64,000 nt of DNA from Parvularia atlantis (taxonomy: Eukaryota): assembly GCA_943704415.1 (NCBI GenBank), contig CALSCO010000901.1, forward strand, positions 1 to 64,000, written 5' to 3'. The notes below the pieces were generated by a model. It ran no database searches, was not told where the DNA came from, and was given only the letters and a program-made list of their open reading frames with translations. The translations under genes were made by a program, and so were the position numbers. Positions 46,601 to 59,630 of this stretch are shown here, piece by piece. Numbering within the stretch: position 1 is the stretch's first letter; each line of letters begins with the position of its first letter.

Positions 46601-48030
46601 GTGAGGCCGAGCAGGAGCGCCAGCGCATCGCCGACGAGGCGAAGCGGTGCGTGTGCGGTGGGCGGCTGCGGCGCGGGGGCCCTGTCCTCTTCCCCCAAGA
46701 GGAGCATACTCGTTATTCTTCACTTTGACCTGAGCGCTCGCGTGCTCTGACGACTACTGGATCCGCTGCGTGTGAGCAGCCTGAGGGGCCTTTCTGTCCT
46801 CGCTTCTGCCACAGCTCTGTGTGCGCCAGGTTCGCGGGCCACTGACGCGACGTGGCGCGGGCCAGGCGCGAGCTAGACCGGCTGCAAAAGGAGCGCGACG
46901 CGATCGAGCGCGAGCAGAAGATGAAGATGGCCGAGGAGCTCAAGCGCAAGTCCGAGGCCGTCGGAATCAAGCTCGTCGTCGACGTCGAGGTGCGCTTGCC
47001 GGCCGGCCGTACGGCGATGCCGTCTTGCTGAGCACACGACCCGCCCACGCAGACGATGAAGGACCTCAACACGGAGCAGCTGATCACGAAGCAGGTTGAG
47101 CAGCTGGAGCAGGTGCGCCGCGACGTGTGCCACCGATGTCGCCGCTGACCACGGCGGCACCCTTGCAGGAGAAGCGCGAGATGCGCACGCGACTCAACGC
47201 CGTCGCCAAGCGCATGGACCACCTCGAGCGCGCGTACCGCCGCGTGGAGATCGCGCTGATGGAGAAGGTGCGCTGCGGCGTGCGCAGGCGTTCGTGCGTG
47301 TGTCTTGACGCGCGGCCGTGCGCAGGACTACGAGCACCAAAAAGCTGAGGAGAAGGTGCTGCATCAGAAGATGATCGAGAAGAACCTGCAGGACGCGAAG
47401 GACAAGCACGAGCGCCAGCTCAAGCTGTTTGAGCGCATGCAGCACATGGTCGAGGACGCGCGCCAGTTTCGCGAGACGATGGCCGCGGCGCAGCATGCGA
47501 GCCTCGAGCGGCAGCGCGCCGAGGCGCAGGCGGCGCTCGCCCAGGAGAAGGCCAAGCGCCGGCAGGAGCTGCAGCGGCGGCAGGAGGAGGAGGTGCGGCG
47601 GCGCGACGAGGAGGCCAAGCGGCGCGAGGAGGAGGCCAAGCGGCGCGAGGAGACCCCGCCTGCGCAGGCCCCGGCTGCGGCGGCCTCGCCCGTGGCGAGC
47701 GGCGAGTGGCGGGTGTGTCTGCTTGCGGCCGTTGCGCTGCGTGTCTGACCCGCACGCGCGACAGCGGCCCGCCGAGCCCGCACCCGCAGACCAGCGCTCG
47801 GGCGCGCCGCAGGAGCGCAAGCGGCTGCAGCTCAAGCCGCGCACCACGCCCCTGCCCGACGACACGGCGGCACCCGCATCCGTACCGGCAGCAGCACCAG
47901 CGCCCGCGCCAGCACCAGCGCCCGCGCCAGCACCAGCACAACAGCAGCAGCAGCAGCAGCAGCCCGCAGATGGCACGCCGAAGAAGGGCGCCTACGTGCC
48001 GCCGGCGATGCGTCGCCAGTTGCAGCGCTG
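43650..48030 (+). CDS. EIF3A: Translation initiation factor eIF3 subunit A
   Basis: [74 protein letters not shown]-terminal YVPPAMRR. Probable 5' UTR intron ending at 43648. Confidence 0.96.
45990..46082 (+). ncRNA. Intronic box C/D snoRNA (target unresolved)
   Basis: AT-rich island in an oversized eIF3A intron; terminal stem GGGTTCA/TGAACCC, C box ATGATGC (45998), C' GTGAAGA (46041), D box CTGA (46072), internal hairpin AGCACC-AT-GGTGCT. Confidence 0.75.
46692..46788 (+). ncRNA. Intronic box C/D snoRNA, SNORD37/U37-like
   Basis: Guide TTCTTCACTTTGAC (46716-46729) directly before D' CTGA is antisense to conserved LSU rRNA GUCAAAGUGAAGAA; C' CTGACGA (46747); D CTGA (46781); terminal CCCC/GGGG stem; degenerate C box AAGAGGA. 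Confidence 0.8.
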
Positions 48031-48074
48031 AGCTTGTTTTCTTGTGTGCGCACAAGCCTTACAACGTTAGATCA

Positions 48075-50179
<2,105 letters not shown>

Positions 50180-50207
50180 GCGCGGGCCGGGCCGGGCGAG
50201 AGAGTGT

Positions 50208-50210
<3 letters not shown>

Positions 50211-50246
<36 letters not shown>
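50211..50246. repeat. (AG)n microsatellite
   Basis: Perfect AG run, with a second short run at ~50268-50282, between convergent 3' ends. Confidence 0.9.
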
Positions 50247-50249
<3 letters not shown>

Positions 50250-50393
50250 GGTGGGCGGGCGCGCAGCAGAGAGAGAGAGAGACCCCCCGTGTGTGTCGTG
50301 TGCGGCGCACGCGCGCGAGAGAGCGAGAGCTGCGATGTCGATATGTGCACGACACAGGACACACGGCACACGCGCGCGCGTCTCCCCGCTCAG

Positions 50394-50847
50394 TCAGTCG
50401 ACAAAGCTCGTGCGGAGCGGCGCCGACGCCACCGCCACGCCCACTAGCTCGCCCTCGGCGGTGGCCGGCGCCGGCACGGTGGCGGTGGCGGCCGATGCGG
50501 CGGATGCGTCTGCTGTGCCGTCGGCCGTCGCGGGCAGCGCCGGGCGGGCTCTCCGGAAGTAGTGCGCGATGAGGTAGTGCGTCCCGTACTGGCCCAGCCC
50601 GAGAGCGACGCCCTGCAGGAACGGCACGAGCAGCGCGCGGCCGAGGTGGCGCAGGAACGACCACATGCTCTTCGGGTGGAACAGGTCATCGTCGTCCGCC
50701 GGCGCGCCCGCTGCGCCGCCGCCGCCGCCCGCGCGCCCCGCGGCAGTCGCGCCGCCGACCTGTGCGTGTGCAATTGGCGACGGTGCCCCGCGCGCGCCGC
50801 CCACCGGTCCCGCGCACCGGGAAGCGCAGCGCCGGCGCGCGCCGCAT
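50394..50847 (-). CDS. Mim1/Tom13-like small mitochondrial outer-membrane protein
   Basis: MRRAPALRFP|VGG...DDDDLFHPKSMWSFLRHLGRALLVPFLQGVALGLGQYGTHYL; the TM segment resembles Mim1 (INLVLPFINGMMLGFGELFAHE). Confidence 0.55.
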
Positions 50848-50883
50848 CGCAACACAAGCACCCGGAAATCTGCGCTCACTATT

Positions 50884-53570
50884 TCACGCGGCGAGGGCGA
50901 GCTCGATGTCGTCGTACGGCTCGGCCTGGCGCACGCGCAGAATGCCGCGCGTGGCGAGCACTGTTTTGTGCGTGCGTGCGCAAGGTAAGCGCGGCGGCGT
51001 GTGGAAATGGCGCGCACCGAGCACGTGGATGAACGCGTCGGCCGCCTCGCGCCGCGCGTAGACCTTGGGCGCGACGAGCTCGGCCAGCGTCGCGCGGCCG
51101 CCACGGCCCATCTGGCTGCGCATGTAGCTGCGCGTGCGCAGGCCCCGGTCACGTCGTGCCGGGTGCACACGCGCGCAACGCACAGCAGGAAGTCGGCCGT
51201 GTTCTTGTCGTGGCGGAGCGCGCCATCCGTGCCGCTCGCCTCGTCGTCCACGGTGCTCCGCGGCAGCGCGGGCGTGTCGATGGCGCCGTCCGAGCCGTCG
51301 CTGTGGCACACGCATACGTGCAGCTCAACACACGCATCGCGACGGCGAGCGTGGCGCACCTCGGCGAGCCGCGCAGCGACGGCAGCTGCGGGTCTTCGAA
51401 CGCCGACGACGCCCGGCTGCGCCGCGACGCCGGTGTCGCCAGGTAGTCGCGCTCGCGGACCGTCGCGGGTGTCGTGTTGCGCGAACCAGCGCTGTCATGC
51501 GCGGGCGGGTGAGCAGCTGTCGCGCACGCGCGCGCACGAGGCACGCACGCAGAGCCGGCGCCGTCCACGCCCGCCTGGCCGGCCACGAGCGCCGCCCATG
51601 GCATCTCGCTGCGCGCCGGGGTCGACCGAGACGCGCTGCGGCCCTGCTCGACGTCCATCGGCCAGGCACCGCCGTCGTAGTCGTGGCCGCCGACTGGCGC
51701 GAGGCGAGGCTCAGCGAGGCGACCACGACCACGGGCGGCTGACGCACACGCCACGCGCTCGACGGCCTCGTCTGCGGCTGGTGAGCGCGCCGGTGCGGGC
51801 GAGGCCGGCAGGGAGGGGTGGCCGCGGCGCGCCATCTGCGCGTCCATCAGCTTGCCCTTGGCGCGCAGCAAGTCGACGGCGCGGCGCTTCCACGCGGCCT
51901 GGAGCGCTGCATGGCATGTCGGTCACGCGAGAACAGTGCACGACCGCGCGGCGCACCGGGGTCCCGCAGTGCGAGCGACGGCTTCACGAGGAACATGTTG
52001 AGCTCGTCCAGGTCACGCACGCGCGCAGAGGCGATCGAGCGCGCGCTCGCGGCCGAAGCCGTCGACTGCGCCCGGAGCGTCAGTACAGCAAGCGCAGGAC
52101 ACGGCGCGCGCACCATCGCCGAGTTGTCGAGATTGGACGTGTCGAGGACTGCGTGGCCGGGTGCATCCGTGCTCGCGGGCCGCACGAGCGACGAGGCGTC
52201 GCGGATGAGCGCTGCGACGTCGTGGCGCGAGAGCGTCGTCTGCTGGTCTGTTGATGCGCTCACGCAAATCAGCGCACGCTCACGTGCGCGCCGGCCCCGC
52301 GCGCACCGATGCCTGAGAAGACAGGCACGAGGCGGCGCTTCTTGGCCGCGCGATCGCCCGCGGGCGCGTCGGCGTCGGGCGAGGCGCGCGCGGCCGGCGG
52401 GTCGGGCGCGCGGTCGTAATCAACGTCGTAGTTGGGCTGGAAGGGCTGGTCGGGCGCGGCACCGACGTCTTCCAGGTCGCTGCTCGCGAGCCCGTCAGAC
52501 CCAGATCGCACGCACTCACGACGCGGCACACCCGAGTCCAAAGTCGTTGGGCGCGGCGCGGGCCGTCGTGCGCATCGTGCCGGCAGCGAACGCGCCGGCC
52601 GGCGAAGCGAGCGGCAAGAGCATGCCCAGCTGCAGTTCGGCAGGCGTGAGCGAGCGCGACATGCTGGCCTCTGCGCTGCGGCGTGAGACGCGCGACGAGG
52701 CAGGTGGTCGGGCGCACTAGACACGGGCGAGCCCAGCGATGCGCTGCGGTTGCGCTCCATCGCCTCGGCCGTGGTCGGCGGGAGCTCATCCGACTTGCGC
52801 TGCGCACGCCTTGCTCAGCTGGGCGCGACGCCAGACCGGCAGGCGCACCTTGAGGCCGCGCATCGGGCTCGGCAGGACGAGGTCGAGCAGCAGGCCCCCG
52901 CCGTCGTGGCCGCCCGCCATGTGCTGCGAGAGATCGAGCAGGTTGAACGCTGTCGTGTCTGCGCGCGGTGGCGCGTGAGTGCGCCCGCCACCGGGTGACG
53001 CGCACGCGCAAACGGACCGATCGGGTCGGTCGCGAGCGTGATCGCGTCGCGCTTCGCGTGCGCCACAACGAGACTTTGGTTGCCGTCGGCGCGGGCCTCG
53101 GTCGAGTGGCGCAGGTGCGACCAGACCGTGCTCACGTCGGCTGGTGGCGCCAGGTGAGCGCACCCGCGACGGCGCGGCGATGGCGCACCGGCGTAGATGG
53201 CCACCTGCTGGCCGTAGACGCGTGCGATGCCCATCATCAGGTTGGACGACAGGCGCAGCGCGAGCTTCTCGGGCGGGTTGAGCAGCAGCTTGCTGCGCGT
53301 ACGAGCGCGCGGCGTGCCAGAGTTAAGCGATGCGACGTGTCCGGTGCGCGCGCCCGTCGCCGCACCACGTCTGCGGCACATTCACGCTCAGGATCTCGCT
53401 GCGCTTGAGCCGGCGCGCGTGCGAGCGCGGGCCGAGCGTCGCGGCGATCCCTGCGCGCGCGGGGCGACGGTGGGTGGGCGCGCAGGGCCGGGCCAGGCCG
53501 GGCGCCACCACGCACAGACGATGCCGAAGCCGCCCTTCTTTCTCGTGAGGATGTCGCTCGAGTAGAACAT
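50884..53570 (-). CDS. REC8: Meiotic cohesin kleisin Rec8
   Basis: [25 protein letters not shown]...[20 protein letters not shown] (Rec8-type SNL/RVY.QQ); C-terminal winged helix [31 protein letters not shown]. Confidence 0.8.
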
Positions 53571-53900
53571 GGCCGGGCTGGCGGGGCGCGGGCGGGCGGG
53601 GGGCGGGCGCGGCGGACGCGGGCGCGGGCGCGGGCGAGGCCGGGGCGGGCAGCGGCGGTGGCGGTGAAAGTGCCGTGGCGCCGGGACGCAGGTGGCGCCG
53701 ACGGGCGCGCGATGGCGCCAGCATCTCCTTGTTTGATCTGGTGGTTCAAGTTCACCTGCAATCTGATGCTCGTCTTCTTCTGCTTCTTCGCTGTACAGCC
53801 GCCACGGCAGGCGAGGGGCGACACGAGGGAGAGGGGCGCCACCGCAGGAGGCACACAAACGGGGCAAACAGACAGGCGGGCCGCTGGAGCCGGACGGCGA

Positions 53901-55186
53901 TCACGCGGTGGTCGCGTACTCCTGTACGCGCGCGTCGCGTCAGCCACGCCGACGTGCCCGCGCAGGACGTGCCTTGAAGTACGGGTGGTCGAGCGCGCGC
54001 ACGGCCGAGATGCGCTTGGCCGGGTCGTACACGAGCATCTGCGCCAGAAGGTCCAGCCCGTCCGCGTCCAGCTGCGGCACGACGGTCGACAGCGGCTGCG
54101 GCGCGTAGCGCGGGAAGAGCGGGTTGTACGACGGCAGCTGCGTGAAGCCCGGCCAGATCTGCTCGTTGGGCGTGCCCAGCACCCTGTACGCAGGGCGCGC
54201 GTGCAGGTCAGCGCACGTCGCACCAGACGAGCGCGCGTGCACCTGAAGATGCGGTAGATCTGGTCGATCTCCGAGTCACCCGTGAACAGCGGCCGCCGCG
54301 TCGCCAGCTCGGCGAAGATGCACCCGACGCTCCAGATGTCCACCGGCGTCGAGTAGTGCTTCGAGTTGAGCAGGATCTCGGGCGCGCGGTACCAGAGCGT
54401 GATGACCTGGGTCGCGGCGGATGCGCGGGGTGAGCGACGCTGCATAGGGTGCGGCGCAGGCGCAGGCGCAGGCGCACCTCGTGCGTGTACGAGCGCACGG
54501 GGATGCCGAACGCGCGCGCGAGGCCAAAGTCGGCCAGCTTGAGGCGGCCCTCGTTGTCGATCAGGAGGTTGTGCGGCTTGAGGTCGCGGTGGAGGATGCG
54601 CCGGCCGTGGCAAAAGTCGATGCCGACGAGCAGCTGGTGCAGGTAGCTCTAGGAGGAGGTGCGACTGGTCAGCGCGACGGCCCGCGCGGGCGCAGTCTAT
54701 TTCCGGCGCGCCTTGACGAGCGCCGGCGGGAGCAGGCCCGGGCCGACCTGGTCGAGGTACCTCTTGAGGTCGCGGTCGAGGAACTCAAACACGAGCGAGA
54801 GGCGGTTCTCGTTGTGCACGACGTCGAGCAGCCTGCGGGCGCGCGGCGCACGAGATAAGGCACGGGCGACGGCCGACTTGCGCGCGCGCGCACGCACTCG
54901 ACAATATTGTCGTGCTGCAGCTCGCGCAGCACCGAGATCTCCCGGATGGCTGTGCTCGGCACTCCCTCGTCCTCGTTCTCGAGGCGGATCTGCGCGCGCG
55001 CGCATGCCGGCTCAGCCCTCGTGCCAGCGCCGCGCGAAATTGCGCACGCACCTGCTTCAGCGCCACAAAGCGGTTCGACCGGCGGTCGCGCGCCTTGAAT
55101 ACGACGCCGTACGTGCCCTCGCCGACCTTGCTGATGCGGTCGTAGGCCTCGAGCGGGTCGTTGGTGCTGGTCTGCGCTGCGGCCAT
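53901..55186 (-). CDS. CDK1: Cyclin-dependent kinase CDK1/2 (PSTAIRE)
   Basis: [68 protein letters not shown]; two GC-AG introns. Confidence 0.95.
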
Positions 55187-55989
55187 GGCTCGGCGGGAGG
55201 AGGGCAGTCGGGCGGATCGCTGACAGAGGTCGGGTCTGCGCGGGTGCGGCGGGTGCGTGGGGCGTGAGCACGGGCGCTGAATTACGCGGCCGGCCACGCG
55301 TGCACGTGGCGTGTGGCGCGGCAGACCGATCTGGCGCGAAGTGCCGTGCGCGCGGAGGGAGGCAGGCGCATGACGCCGGAGAACGAGCAGAGCGGACGCG
55401 GGCGAGCGCGCCGGGCCGCGCGGTGTGCGCCACGGCGGGCACGCGGGCAGACAGCAGAGAGGGTTTGGCGGGCGGGGTCGGCCGTGCGCGTGGGCGGGGT
55501 GAGGGAGGGGCACGAGCGACGAGGGCGACGAGGGCGACGAGACGAAACAGAAAAGGCGCCTTTCCCCACCGCAGGGGGGGGGGCTGCACGACCCGCCCGG
55601 CCGCGACACGGGCGCGCCCGGCTCCGCGAGACCACTGACCACACCCCAGAGCGACGCGCGGCGAGGGACAGGACAGCGTGTGCGGCGCGGGCGGTGGGGC
55701 ACACGCGCGCGCGGGTTGCGACGTGCGAGCCGAAAAGAGGCCGTGGAAAAAGCGCGCGCTTGCCGCACCGCACGCCCGCGATCACACTCGCGATCACCCG
55801 CGCCGCGCCGCAGCGCTCAGCGCACCTGGCTAGCGAGGGGCGCACGCGCACACCACCCGCACCAACCACCGCCCGCGGCCGCGGCAGGACAGGACAAGGT
55901 GCACGGCGCGCAACGAGCGTGGCGGCGGACGTTTTTTTGAACTGTCCGTAACCGTCGACGCTTCGTTCGCCCCAGAAGTCTGACGACGC

Positions 55990-56998
55990 ATGGCGGCGGT
56001 CGTGTACCTGCGCCGGCTGCTGCGGCTCGGGCGGCAGCTCGGGCAGCTCGACTCGTTCACGGGGTGTGCCCGCGGGGCACGCGGGCTGCGCACGCAACTG
56101 AGCGCGGTGCGCAGCAACTACGTCCGGCGGCGCACGCTCGACATGTACCGTTTGCGCGCCGGCGAGACGGACCCGCGACGTGTGCGCGCGCACGTCAAGG
56201 AGGCGCGCAAGGTGTGCCGCCCGCCGGAGACGCACGTGCGCGACGCTCAGCCCCCATGTAGGCGTCGCGGCTGGTCGGGCGGGCGCTCGCGGGCGAGCGC
56301 AAGTGCCTCGTACGCGTGATGGACCTCGCGTACGGGCGCGTCGGCAAGCTGCGGTATCTGATGTTTCACGTGCGGCGCGGCCCCGCTGGCGCGCTGCACC
56401 GTTGACGACCGCACGCGCGTGCAGGGCATCGTGCCGCGGCTGCCCGAGACCGCGCTCCTGCACTCGCAGTTTGCGCGCAAGCCGACGCGATCCGAGCTGT
56501 TCCTGCCGCCGATGCCGCCGTCGATGATCAAGCACCTCGAGCGGGGCGCGTGCGTGCGCGGCGTGGGCGTGGGCGTGGGCGTGGGCGTGGGCGTAGGCGC
56601 GCGTAGCTGAATGCCAGTGTCGCAGGCGCGACCTCACGCGCTCGCGGTTCTGGCGGCGCGCGTGCCAGCACATGCTCACGCGCGCTCGGGTGCTCGGCGA
56701 CGCGAGCACGGGCACACCGATCGAGCTGATGCAGCAGATGTCGCCGACACCCGCGGGCGCGAGCGCGCCGGTCGTGTGCGGCGTCAAGCAGCTGCAGCTG
56801 ATCCAGCCACGCGAGGCGCAGCGCTACGCGTTCACCCGGTCGGGCGACTTTGAGGGGTTCCCGGCGGCATCGGGGCCGGCCCTGGGCGGCAAGCTGCCGC
56901 GCAACAAGGAGCAGCGCAAGAAGGAGGCCGCCGAGCGGGCAATGGTCAACCAGCTGCAGCTGGCCCCCGGCAAGTGGCGCCGCGGGCGGACAACGTGA
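55990..56998 (+). CDS. LYR-motif mitochondrial protein, Cup1-like
   Basis: VYLRRLLR...NYVRRRTLDMYR...VMDLAYGRVGKLR: LYR-like helix plus the AYGRxGK motif of fungal Cup1-type proteins. Confidence 0.55.
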
Positions 56999-57016
56999 GG
57001 CACATTTGTAGCAACG

Positions 57017-58727
57017 ATGCTGCGCACTGCCCTCGCCATCGCGGTGATCGCGGTGTCTGTGGGCGCGCACGAGCACGGGCGCCGACAGGATGCGGGCGCG
57101 CGCACCAGCGAGCCGGCGTGCATCGGCGGACACAGCGACGACGAGCGGCTGCAGGCGGCGCAGGCGCAGAACGAGCAGCTGCGCACCGACGTGGCCGATC
57201 TCAAGCTGCGGCTGTGGCAGACGCGCGACCAGCTCCGCGACACGCGCGCAGCATGGCAGGCGGCATCAGGGGTGCCGGACGGTGCACCTGCCGCGGCCGG
57301 ATCGGTCGACCGGCGCGCGGCCGAGTCGCTCTCGTTCGACGAGTTCATGCGCGACTACGCGTCCAAGGGCCGTCCGGTGATCATCACGGGGGTGCGCGCC
57401 CTCGCTCTCGAGCTCGCCCACGTGCGTGACTGGCGTGGTGCACACGCAGCTGCACGACGCCATGTTCCGCGGGAGGGCATGGGACCTTGAGCACTTTCGG
57501 CGCGTGTGCGGGCAGCAGACCGTGCCGCTGCTCAAGCACGACAAGTCGGCCGCGGCGTGGGGCCGGTGCGGCGGCAGCAGGCACCAGTACGCGCTCTCAC
57601 GTGCACCGCCAGGCTCGTGCCCGCGGGCGAGCGCCAGCTGGCGCACTTCATCGACGACCTCCGCGCGCACCGCCTCGACGGCGACAACCCGCTCTACCTG
57701 CACGACTGGTCGCTGCCCGCGTGCGCTGCTACGCCGGTAACTCGCCCAGCCGTACTCTGACGGCACGCCGGAACAGCTTCTGCCCGCAGCTCTTTCGCCA
57801 GCCCGACTCGCAGTTTGTCGTACGTCCGTGCTGCTCCTCCAGCCGTCGCTCACGCGGCGCGCGCTGTGGCAGATGCCCAAGTATTTTGCGGGCGACCTGC
57901 TGCAGCAACTGCCAGCGGACGAGGGCCTGTTTTACCGCGACGAGTGGCCGTCGCTGTTTGTGGGGCCCAAGGGCTCGCAGAGCGCGGTGCGGTGCTCGCA
58001 GCGGCACATGCTTGGCGACGCTGACGGCCGCCCGGCAGCTGCACGTCGACAGCTTTGGCTCCAACTTCTTTATGCTCCTGATCGAGGGCCGCAAGCTCTG
58101 GCGGTTCTTCCCTGGTGCGTGCCACTCGGCTGGCGGGCATGCCGCCCACGTTTCACGCGCGGCAGAGGTGGACCGGCCGCTGCTGTATGAAGACGTGGCC
58201 AAGTCGACGTTTGACTTTGACGCGCTGCGGCCCGACTACGAGCGCTACCCGCTGGCGCAGCACGCCTCGCCGGTCGAGTGCGTGCTGGAGCCGGTGCGGT
58301 GGCCCCTTGTGGGCGCACACAGGGTGTCTGAGCTGGTCGCGCGCAGGGTGAGGTGCTGTTTGTGCCCGCGGGCAGCCCGCACCAGGTGGTCAACCTGGAC
58401 GACACGGGTGCGGACGAGCCGCTCGCTTGCCGTGTGGTGACGTCCGCGCCAGTGGCCATCAGCGCCAACTACATCGACCAGTCCAACTACGCGCGCGCCC
58501 TGGGCGAGATCGAGCGCGAGGGCCAGGCCGGCTACGAGCGCAGTCGCTCGATGGCGCAGGCGCTGCGGTGCGCCTGCGCCAGGCCGGGAGGCTTGGCGAT
58601 GCACGCGGGCGCGTGTTCACCCGCGGCAACGCCACGCAGCGAGATCAGCAAGGACCCGCGCCGGCTACACCAGCGCTGGAACAAGCAGCAAGAGGCGCTG
58701 CCGTGGGACGCGTTCAAGCGGCAGTAG
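57017..58727 (+). CDS. Signal-peptide, coiled-coil JmjC-domain oxygenase
   Basis: N-terminal hydrophobic signal; FMRDYASKGRPVIITG, YLHDWSL, WPSLFVGPKGS..LHVD, GRKLWRFF, LFVPAGSPHQVVNL, AISANY. Confidence 0.85.
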
Positions 58728-58770
58728 CATATTCTTGTCTTGTTGCTCAAGCGACACGTGCGTTGGCGGC

Positions 58771-59524
58771 TCACATCTCCGTTGGCGGCGGCGCGCTGTA
58801 GAACATGGCGCGCGGCCGCTGGATGGACGGGATGAAGTGGAAGATCTGCAGGCGCGCAGCAGGGCAGCCGCGTGAGCCCGTGAGACGCGACGCGGCCGAG
58901 CGTGCGTCACGCACAAAGTACAGCAGCGCGATAAACACGATGATGATGCCCGCGATGAACGTGTACAGCACCATGGGCGACGCGCCCGAGGGCGGCTGCG
59001 GACGACGGCTGTCACTGTGCGACACCGGACAACATGCCCCCGCGCGCACACCCCGAGCACGATGAGCACGCCGAGGAAGAGGTACATGAACGACTTGCCC
59101 ATGAACGTCTGCGCGCGCGCGGCTTTGGTAACGACCGCGCAAGTGCCGACGCACCTACGCACGTGGAAGAAGCTTGCGTACATGACGATGAACAGCGGCA
59201 CGGCAAACTCGACCATCACGATCACAAAGCCGAAGAGCCTGCGAGGGCGCGTGTCGGCGACCGGCGCTGCTGAAGCGGAGGCAGGCACGCACACGATGTA
59301 CGCGCCAATGACAAAGTTCGAGAACGTCTGCGGGTTGCCGGCCTGGCCCTCGCCCACGGCGACGATGCAGCGGATCACGCCGCCGGCCATGATCATCGCG
59401 CCGACCACTGCACGGCGTGCGCGCGCGTGTGCGTTGTTGTTGGTCCGTCGGGTGCGGCGGGCGGGGCGCGGGCGGTTCACGCACGGACGTTGATGATGTG
59501 AAAGATGACGGTCTGGCAGCCCAT
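58771..59524 (-). CDS. COPI-associated Golgi membrane protein (Tvp15-like)
   Basis: IFHIINV|VGAMIMAGG...FVIGAYI..FGFVIVMVEF....YASFFH|TFMGKSFMYLFLG; multi-TM, Tvp15-like YASF..F.G...Y.F.G motif. Confidence 0.75.
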
Positions 59525-59630
59525 CGTTGCGGATCTGCGCGCGTGCGTGTAGTGCGCGTGCGTGTGGTGCGTGCTCAGACACCCCCGTGCATGACGTATC
59601 CCACCGCACTCTGTTTGCGCAAAGTGCATC

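Noticed and set aside
55200..55980. Possible gene or ncRNA in the ~800-bp CDK1/Cup1-like spacer
   Set aside because: No recognisable protein motif or RNA signature; likely 5' UTR/intron and promoter sequence.
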